Origin: Podarcis bocagei
Taxonomy: Eukaryota
NCBI GenBank assembly: GCA_964188305.1
Contig: OZ076890.1
DNA length: 64,000 nt
Direction: 5' to 3' (one strand)
Shown here: positions 53,824-64,000 of the stretch, piece after piece
Layout of the letters: every line of letters starts with the position of its first letter
How positions within the stretch are numbered: the stretch's first letter is position 1
Made by a program: the position numbers and the translations under genes
The notes under the pieces: generated by a model
What the model saw: the letters and a program-made list of their open reading frames with translations, nothing else
What the model was told of the DNA's origin: nothing
Database searches by the model: none

Positions 53824-54600
53824 AAAATGAATTTCAGCAGCGACAAATGTCGTGTTCTACACTTAGGCTGGAGGAATCAGCTGCACAAATATAAGATGGG
53901 GGACATCTGACTTGCCAGTAGTACATGTGAAAAGGATCTAGGGGTTTTAGTAGACCACAAGCTTAACATGAGTCAACAGTGTGAGTTGAGTCAGCAGCAA
54001 AAAAAAACCTGGTGCTATTCTAGGCTGTATCAACAGAAGTATAGCGTCCCTATCAAGGGAATCAGTAGTCCCATCCTATTCTGCCTTGGTCAGACTATGC
54101 CTGAAGTACTGTGTCCAGTTTTGGATACCACAGTTTAAAAAGGATATAGATAAGCTGCAACGTGTTCAAAGGTAGATGACCAAGATAACCAAGGGGCTGG
54201 AAACCAAGCTTATGAAGAACAGTTGAGGGAATTGGGTATGTTTAGCCTGGTAAAGAGGAGACTGAGAGGAGATATGATAGCCACATTCAGATATCTAAAG
54301 AGCTGTCATATGGAAGATGGAGCAAGCTTGCTTTTTTCAGCCCCAGAAACTAGGACCCGAACCAATGGCTTCAAGTTACAAGAAAGGAGATTCCAATGAA
54401 ACACCAGGAGGAACTTTCTGACAGGTAGAGCTGTTTGGCAGTGGAATAGGCTCCCACAAGAGGTGGCAAACTCTCCTTCACTGGAGGTTTTTAAACAGAA
54501 GTTCAGTAACTATCTGTAATGGATGCTTTAGTTGAGTTTCTTGCATTGCAGGGGGACGGCTAGATGACCCTTGGGGTCCCTTCCAACTCTATGATTCTAT
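53824..54600 (+). mobile_element. CR1 LINE, 5'-truncated 3' fragment
   Basis: Degenerate CR1 ORF2 C-terminal motifs (KCRVLHLG, EKDLGVLVD, YCVQFW) and terminal CCCTTCCAACTCTATGATTCTAT. Confidence 0.9.
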
Positions 54601-56628
54601 AAAATAAGTCGTATTTTCCCATGCTAGCTTTGAAGCTCTGACTTTGCCTAGCTGTTTTTCTTTTATTTTCAACTGTGCTAAAGGAGTCACAGAATAACGT
54701 TTCAAGAGGCATAACTGAAATCATATGAAGTCATCTTTGATCTTACATTAGAATTTCCATATCCAGCAAAAAGATTTTTTGCAAGCTATCTTTTGTGTTT
54801 GTGCCAACTGTGTGCTGACTGAATGACTGCACTGTGCATGAATGCCAATATGAGTAGCAAGGCATTTCCTCAGCTACAGTCTCATTTTCATCCCACTACT
54901 GCTACACCATTCAGTTTGTGAAGGTGTCAGGGGTGCTATAACACACAGTTGGAAAGGCAAAGTTGATGAATGGTTAATCTCAAAGCTTCTGCTTAACACC
55001 TGCCTCAAAAAATATCATACTTCTTTCAGCAGTATACCAAAAGTGTTATGCTTTGGGTGACTGCTGCTGGTTGTTTCAGCAAGACTTAAGGCATGTTAAT
55101 AAATCTTGCAGCTAGAGACAAAGAAGACTTCTCTGGATCACCCCGGGAACACTTTGGAAATTTCTTATTCCCTCTATCCAGTGCTTACCTGACCTTACAA
55201 AAGGGAAGGGCCACATGACTTATCCACAGCTGCTTTTTCTTCCTGTATATTGCCTCATTGCCAGGTCTTTTCCAGATCTCACCTTGCAGCCTGATCCTGA
55301 TAATCTGTGTGGAAGACCAAGAACACCTTTCTAGCAGTTGATTCATGAGTAGGGACTATGTATTTCATCACTTTGGAACAATAGATTTGTCTCCAAATGC
55401 AACAGGGATAGAGAAATTCTTCAATGGTGCACAAACCAAGTAGCTAACCCAGGCAGTCTTTATCTAAAAAGTAGTCAAGGTGACTAACTCAGCATTTTAC
55501 CCCTCTGTTCATTTTTGGAAGAGAGCTTTCAACAAGATCCTGGTAAAAGATACATAGGTAATATTTGTGACAGTTTCTGGTTTCTCAAACTGAAATAAAA
55601 CCACCATTTAATTCTGACATTCATATAATTTGTAGTGTAGGGACTGACACTCCAGATTTTTGTATGCCACAGTAGATCCCATGAAACTGACACAAAGCAC
55701 ATATGGAGTTCTCTGGATTATTCTTTAAAGGCTATTCATAAATTCTTATGGCATTCTGTAAATGTCAGTGACTGCATTTTCATAACTTCTTAGGAGAAAG
55801 TTTTTTCCTCTTCTCCAGTGATCTGCAGGGTTTCGCCTAAAATCAGATTTTAGTACTATTAGCTGTAACTGAACCATTATTTGAATCACTTAGTTTGGTA
55901 ACACACTGTTTTCTGAATATTTACTTTATTATTTAGATTAACCTTGCCTTTCAAATGCATTATGAGGGTGACTTTATCATAAAACAGCAACTCTATTAAC
56001 TGTGGAATCAAGGGATCCTTAAATAGCTAGCTTCATTGTAATAACAGTTGGGAGAATATCAGAGCTGGGCCCAAATATCAGAGAGAATATCAGAGCTGGA
56101 GTGGTAAAAAGACCTTGTAGTTGTTTGACTAAAAGTATTGCGAGATACATCTCCTAGGTGTTTATACAAACAGATGTCGCATACACTATTTCTTTACTGT
56201 TTTGAACCTTGAGATTTTGACTGAACGATTTGAAGCTAGATAGAAGCAAATAAAACTATTATTCAAAATGTTTGTCTGGTGTATGTGCAGGAGCATAAAG
56301 CAACAAATAACCACTTCTAAATATTGATGTTTATACCCAATATGAAACACAGAATGGCAAGGAATATAGTGCAACAAAGCCAAATAATGATTGTACTCAA
56401 AGAAATTTGTGCTTCAGATGATCCTCCTAAGATTAATTGCGTGGCTACATATGATGTATTGGGCCTTTTTGGCTGGGGTACTCTATTCTCTTTCTGATAG
56501 TTCTTTTTCTAAGGCTTATGGTTTTGTAGATAGATTTCAATTTTTTTCCTTTGAAATATCCTTTTATGAACTAGGAGTTGGGAAAATGCATAAGTTAATA
56601 ATAAAACCTATATCCTTGCTAGCTGTAG

Positions 56629-57255
<627 letters not shown>

Positions 57256-60200
57256 TAATTATATTTCAAATTGATTAGAAATAAATTGCATGTAGAAAAG
57301 GGAAATTGTTTAATTGCGAATATGACTTTTAATCATACCTTTTTCTGTACATAGTAGAAATAATTAGCTTTTGATACAAAAAATAACTTTTTATGCATGC
57401 TAACTTGATAAATCAAATTTTAGAACAGCTTTATTTGCAGCACAGTTATTCTTCATGTTTATTATCATTATTTTGGGGGGGTTTTTTCCATGGAGGGGTA
57501 TTTTGCCTATACTAGCGTGCTTTTGTCTTGGATGCTAGTTTCTTTCACAGGCATGAATTTCTTGTTTTGTGAGAAGTGTGTTTGTGTTGTTCCTCAAACT
57601 TTGGAAAGAAAATCTTTGATGGTGAATATGAAATATTTATTTCTAGTCCTAGTTCTCTTGCATTCTGGAAGGCTCCAATCCTAATAGTTTGAGTTAGGCA
57701 GTAGGTGTCTTTCCTAATTCAGTTTGCTCCTGCCTTCATCGAAAGCAGTCAGGCTGCCATTAAACTCCCATCTCTGTTCTGCTGAGACAATATTTTTCTT
57801 TCTTTGTATGACTTTTCAGTCTGCCTTTCTGCCTTTTGCCCTGCTTGCATTTAGTTTATTTTCTCCCCTTTGTGGCTTGCTGGTTCACATTTTCTCTCCT
57901 TAAAAAAAAAAAAAAAACACTAAAAAAAATTTAAAATCAACCCCTTTGCCTCCTCTTTGCCTAGCCTCTTCTCTACACCACTTTTTTCTTCTGGCTCTTT
58001 GGTGGAGAGTGGTGAGAGTGGAATACCAGCCTCTTTAAACACGGCTTTAGCAGGCAGCCTCAGGTCCAGGTGTGAGTGCTGTATCAGTGTTTCAGAAGTG
58101 CCCCTTTAGTGGGAATGACAGCAGGGCACCCTTCCTCTGCAGCGTCTTGTGGCTCCAGCCAGCCAGTAGCCCACAAGGCAACAGAAGCTCCTGATTGGAT
58201 CTTAAGAGTAGTATTCCATTGCTAGGGTAAAGTCATCCTCCCCCAGTTAGATTTGACTACAATATTTTGTCCTAGATAGGTCCTAGTTTCTCCTTTGTTG
58301 CTGTTATGGATTTCTTGTACAATTAGGCTGGCCTAAATTTCAACATAGATAGATGCTGATTTAAAGGGGCAACATGCAATGAAAGATTGTTCACTAATAC
58401 TGCACCATTTTCTACTGCATACTGAAAACCCAGTAAACGAATGGGTGTAAAATATAAGCATAATAGCTACTGAGCATACAAGCCAAAACTCAAGTTTCTT
58501 GTTACTATGGTTATCAGTATTCTGCTCATATTATTGGCACTTTATTTTACAGTATATGTACATGTCCCATATTTTACTGCTCTACTCCTTTGTCATTAAC
58601 TGCAGCCTCACATTACAAAAGTGGGTGGAATTTTTCCTGACATAGAGAGATATGGTTTAAAAACTTGTCCTGCTTAATTTCTGCATCTTAAGATACTGTT
58701 AAAGGCACCAGAAAAGAAAAAAAGTGATAAGTGTAGATAGCAATACTTTTTCAAAATGTTAAATGGTTTACTGGGAACATTGCATACTTAACATTTATGA
58801 AGCAAAACCTGGTGAACAATAGTTGCCACTTCATAGCTTTCGCTGCTATTTTGTTCATTGCCCTGAGCAGGGATAAAATTCAGACTGGCAATATTTTTAA
58901 AAAAATAAGTCATAAGGGGAAGTTGATTGAGGAGTACAGGAAGAGAAGTAAACTCTGAGCCTTATATATGTGTTTATATGAAATTATGCTTCCTGTGCTA
59001 AGAAGCCATACTGTGAGCCATACCTGTAATATGCTAGAAGATGGAAGATACTGTTTTCTGGTGCAACATACAAATTTTTGAAGTAGCGTAAAATAGATTC
59101 CTTCATCTCAGAGGGTTTTGAAGATCCTCTCAGAATTTCTTTCATTTCATTCAGACCTACTTCAACCATCTGTCATTTTGTAGAATGTGAAGAGAGAAAA
59201 CTATTTTTGCTGTGTATATTCCATCTACTAGGTTAAGAAAGGTAATGCTATAGAGAGTAAAGCACATAGCACTGGTGGAAAATACTTAATGCAAGTGCTG
59301 AAACTGGCCATAAATTTTGCCTTAGCTGTTTAACATTCTGAGCAGAATAACAGTGTGTTGCTATCTGCCACAGCGAAAGCTTAAAAGGTCAGTGAGAGAT
59401 GTATTTCCCTGAACACTTGAGGACCTACAGCAGAATACACAATTGTCTAGTTTCCTGGCTCATATCCAACATGTTTTTGGAGCTGTGTGTGGAAGGAGCT
59501 GAAGCGATTCAAATTATTTATTAGTTAATTTATTAATATATTTTTTAAACACCCTCTTGGTTTAGATATCAGAACAGTGTACAAAATAAGACCAAAGTGG
59601 TCATGCCACCATAGTAATAGTGAATAACTTGATGCTAATAAGGATAACAGTCTGCACCAGTCATACCTCTACATGCTTTGCATTGTATGCACGATAAACA
59701 CTCTGGCAAACATAAGTGTACCTGAAGATTAAATTATATGGTGGCTCTTACAAAGTGACTTAGAACAATCACATGAGACATGCAACTCATGTGTACCAAT
59801 TAAAGAAGCTACATTTTAACTTGAAATGGTAGATGTGGCATGGCTTACTATATGCCTAAAAATAATGGATCCTGGTATACAAGTAGCATAAGCACTGATA
59901 ACCGGGAAACACTGGCCTGCGAGCATTCCAACTGGAGAACAGCCTTTACCAAAGGTGTCACAGACTTTGAAGGAGCATGAACTCAGGGTGAAAAGGAGAA
60001 ACGAGCTAAGAGAAAGGCACGTTTGACAACCCCTCACCAAGATCAACTCCCACCTGGAAACCTCTCTCCCCCCGTGGAAGAATGTGTGGATCCAGAATTG
60101 ACCTCCACAGTCACTTACGGACTCACTGTTAAGATGGTGTTCATGGAAGACAATCTTACTCAGCTACAAGTGATCACCAAAGAAAGAAGGGAAAGAACAA

Positions 60201-61334
60201 GTACCATACCTCCTACTTTTTATACAGATTATATAATTTATACTTACAGCATTTTTATTGTGGTTCCTTTTTTATCTGGGAAGCATAAAGCAGTGTTGAA
60301 CATCCTTTGGTTTAGCTGTGTAAACCTAAGTTGCTGTGTTTTCCCCCAAGGGCTTGCTGGGTAGGATAGACTTCGAAATGATATAGATCACTTGAGTTGT
60401 CTGCACCAGACAGAATCTATTAAGTATAGTTGATGTTCTGGCTACTTTGTTAGTTCTTTGAATCTTCCCTGGCAGGCAGGCAGAAGGACCATTAACATGT
60501 TATATTTCTCCCTCTGGAACTCTTCAGTGTAATAAATGCACATGTATCCAGTGGCATCTTGGATGTTCAAAGCTATAAAAAATGACAAGTGATGTATCAC
60601 TTTAGAAATATGAGTAAGTTCTGTTGAGTAGTTGAAAGTATACTACAACTGGGAAAGAACTTTCTGTTCTATAACAGCCAACATGTTTTTTATAAGTCAT
60701 TCATTTGTTTAAAAAAATGTACCCAGTATAACCTGGCATGATCACTCCTTGTATTCTTAACAGAACCAAACATAAGAAATAAAAGTCTAAAAATGAACTG
60801 TATAAAATATGTATTTTATGCTTGGTTACATTTAAAGCTCCAATACAAATCCTTCCACTGTCAGGTGGCGTTCTGGCCTGGCCACAGCCATGTCTGCAAC
60901 CTGGGAGCATTGTCTGGGTGGATTCCAGCCTGCTCGCAGATTGGCCAATGGTGGGCAGTCATGGGCTGGAGTTCCCCAGGGGGCAGACCCAACTGACCAA
61001 TAAGCGTCACTTTGGGTCCACTCCCAGGGGGGATAAATTGACCAGGTTTTCTTCCCAGTTCGTCAGTCTTTGTTACTGCTTTTGCTGCTTTCAAAGGTTA
61101 GTCACTTAAATTGATTTCCCAAATTTTCTTTCATTATAAATTTGGTTTCACTTCTAATCCAGTTTCATCACTATTTCTGATACTCCAATTTGATTATTGT
61201 TGACATGGGGCCTATGTGCTGTTGACAGTGTGGGATGCATGTGGTTAGAAGGCCAAAAAGGCAAGCAAGGTAGGGGTTTGATTTAAACTGATTTAAATTA
61301 GGCAAAATATTTGTCAGTACATTGTTAGCTCTTT

Positions 61335-62969
61335 TGACTTCTGGAGAGGAAAATGGCGGACTAGATATCGCTTGTCAACAGTCTGTCGACAGAGATAATT
61401 ATGTGGTGATTAATGATAGTGAAAGGCATAAATCTTGGTTATTACATTCTCTCTGAGAAGAGAGTGGCCTAGAACAGAGGAATTTCAATCGTGTCCAAAC
61501 ACAACATAATAGTCCTGAAGGTCAGTCCTGAGGGCATAAAGTGGGCAAAACCTCCCTTTCTTTAATTACTTTTGAGACTGTTATAAATTATAACTGAAGT
61601 GATCTCTCCGCTTGTTGAAATTTGCATCTGGAATGTGAACTGACTTATGAAGAGATGATCATTGAAAGGCTGAAAGCAAAACAGAAAGAATGTTTTAATA
61701 GTTTACGATTAAGAAAGATTTTAAGTGGCTAAGGAGCATTCCAACTGTTAGAAATTTTTATTTTATTCTTAACCTTCCATCCCTTTGATGAAAGTACTGG
61801 CTGCAAACTGAAACTAGTTTTATTTATGCCTCTGTGGGAAAAGAATGCTGTCTGGAGATAAGGAGATGGGAGAGTCAAGCTGTTAAGGCAGAGACAGTAA
61901 GACTTTAAGGTGGAGAGTGAGTTATTAATAAGACCAAGAACACTCAGTATGGCAAAAACACTGTTGGACACCCCATTGACTGTTGGCATCATGCAGCGAT
62001 TACTGGATGAGCAATTAAAATTTGAGATCAGAGATGAGATGGCTAAAAGGGTGAATGAAAATAGACCAGTGAAAAATGAGGTTAAAGAAGACACTGAACC
62101 CTTGGAAAATAATATTGATAAATGACTGCCAGAATAGGAGAGTGGAATGGAAGAAGAGAAAATGGAAGTACTGTTTTTCACATATATATAAATTAGGATG
62201 GAAAACCACAATGAACAGGAAATTGGAAGATATGGAACTGGGTGTGAATTAATGAATGAATAACTCTTGATTACAGGAAAGAGACTCCTGTATGAATAAA
62301 GATGAAGGATTTATTGCTTCTCAACATTGAAGCTAAAGTTATTGTGCTGGACAGGAGGAAGACTATTCTTGACATTTATCAATGATAATAATTGGAGAAC
62401 CTCTTTTAGAGTTTGTGTAAGGAAGGGAAAAGAAATGGACTTGAGATGTCTGGATCTGAAGCCTGGGATAATATTGCCTAGCAGAAGGAGGAAAAGCTGG
62501 ATACCTTTCTGGAATGAATATTTTGAATAATATTTATATATATAAAACTGACTGATGGAGAAATAGAAGCCCTTTTTATTTCTCTTTTCCTTTATTTTCT
62601 TTTTTCAGCCGCTTATTATTTTTATCTTCTTGCTTTTTCCCCTTCTGTTTCTTCTTGCTTTGTTTTTTTGTTTTGTTTTTGGTGTCCTATACTCTGGGTC
62701 ACCGAAGGGATTGTATACACATGAAGGTGATGGCTGGTGAAGGACCCCATGTGAGAGTCAGGTAGGGGAAGATCTCCCAGGGTGGGAGGCTGGGGGGAGA
62801 AGAAAGGGATGCTGGGAAGGTCCATCCCCTTCTGTGTGAATCAAGGATTAAGATACCTTTGTATTTACATAACTCTTCCTTTTTCGTTTTCTCTTCTTAT
62901 TTAGATTAGTTTGTTGTTGACTTATTTTATTGTATGATGAAAAACTTTTAATAAAAATTATGGAAAAAA
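61335..62969 (+). mobile_element. Non-autonomous L1-like retroelement (1.6 kb) with TSD
   Basis: 5' GACTTCTGG..AAAATGGCGG, coiled-coil-like ORF remnant, AATAAA plus A-rich tail, flanking repeat matching 14/17. Confidence 0.65.
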
Positions 62970-63443
62970 TACATTGCCAGTTCTTTGTTTTGTTTTTCTT
63001 CGTTTTTGCTTGCAATGAAAAGACAACTCCTCTTTGAGCATTCTTTTTTTATATTAGAGATACCATAGTAGATTTGTTGTAATTTATTCCTTAGTGGTGT
63101 TTTTCATTATGGCTTACTCTGTTGTTTTCTATTATTGATTTCCTCCCAGTCTTACAATAACTAAATGAAGAGCTTGCTTCATTCCCTGAAGCATATTCTT
63201 TCAGTAGTGGTTGCAGAAACAAGCTTTGTATGACATTCTTTGTGTCACTTAAACCATGTTACTCTTTTGTGTTTCAGCTACAGCCTTATGTAATTACTAT
63301 AGTCATCTGAAAAAGTTGCTATCTAAAGTGTTTTGAAGCAAGACACCTTTCCTCTGAGATAATATCTGGCTAAACTACAGACTTTTTTTTTTTAAGCATA
63401 AATATTTTCATTTTGGGAGTTAAGTGTTTTGATACATTGGTAA

Positions 63444-63599
63444 CATAGCTGTCAACCTTCGCTTTTTTGTGTGGGAAATTCCCTTATTCCAGCGCTGTTT
63501 CCCGCTGCTATCCCGGATTGTTAGATATCCCGTAGACTGTCCCCGGGACAGGTGAGGCTGCTGGTCCCTTATTTTCAAATCTGAAAGTTGACAACTATG
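63444..63599. mobile_element. hAT-type MITE with perfect 8-bp TSD
   Basis: TIR CATAGCTGTCAAC / GTTGACAACTATG; TSD ATTGGTAA at 63436-63443 and 63600-63607. Confidence 0.88.
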
Positions 63600-64000
63600 A
63601 TTGGTAATGAATATGCTCTTCTAGTACGAAGTTCTGTACAAAGAAACAGTCTTCTAGTTGAAAGAACTGTATGTTACTTCTCATTTTGTGAATACCTTAT
63701 GGTAGAGGGTTGAGGAGCATTTTTCAGCCAGAGGGTTACATTCCCATGTCCTGAAGTGAAAAGGAAAAAGTGCAATGATGAAGACAAATGTAGGAGGAGC
63801 AATGAATGTGATTCTCTCATATCTAAGAGGTTTCTACACACACCTGACTCCACCCTTGCAATGAACACACCATATCACAGTACAAGGAGTGATCTAGGGA
63901 GAAAGCCAAGGGCCACACAGGAGGACTGCATTCAGCCTCCATGGCTGCTGTAGTATGTCCTATATTCTCTGCTATCTATATTAGCCATATGCTGAAGTAT

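Noticed and set aside
59800-61150. Possible retroelement or gene fragments (several 60-113 aa ORFs)
   Set aside because: I could not assign any recognisable motif, TSD or splice structure; probably decayed repeats
57260-64000. C-terminal CNKSR2 exons (LQDLYRALEQASL..., ...ETHV)
   Set aside because: Not found by reading; they are expected beyond the window end, so this is not evidence of loss

Overview
Vertebrate (squamate, most likely lacertid lizard, judged from Sauria-SINE and MITE content) genomic DNA lying entirely inside the + strand gene CNKSR2 (connector enhancer of KSR 2 / MAGUIN). I mapped 13 internal coding exons with canonical AG/GT boundaries and consistent phases. They cover part of the PDZ domain, the Ser/Pro-rich middle region, the PH domain and the large penultimate-region exon. 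The start and the C-terminal exons lie outside the window. One expected 147-nt PDZ exon is not visible and probably lies in the 196-N assembly gap. The introns hold typical squamate repeats: Tc1/mariner-type and hAT MITEs (one nested), Sauria and other tRNA-derived SINEs, L2/CR1/L1/Penelope remnants and microsatellites. Almost all ORFs in the supplied track are spurious. I found no evidence for a new multi-gene system. The best leads are the missing exon, candidate poison or alternative terminal exons, a TSD-bounded 1.6-kb non-autonomous L1-like element and several structured repeats. Exon numbers follow human CNKSR2 as I remember it and were not verified.
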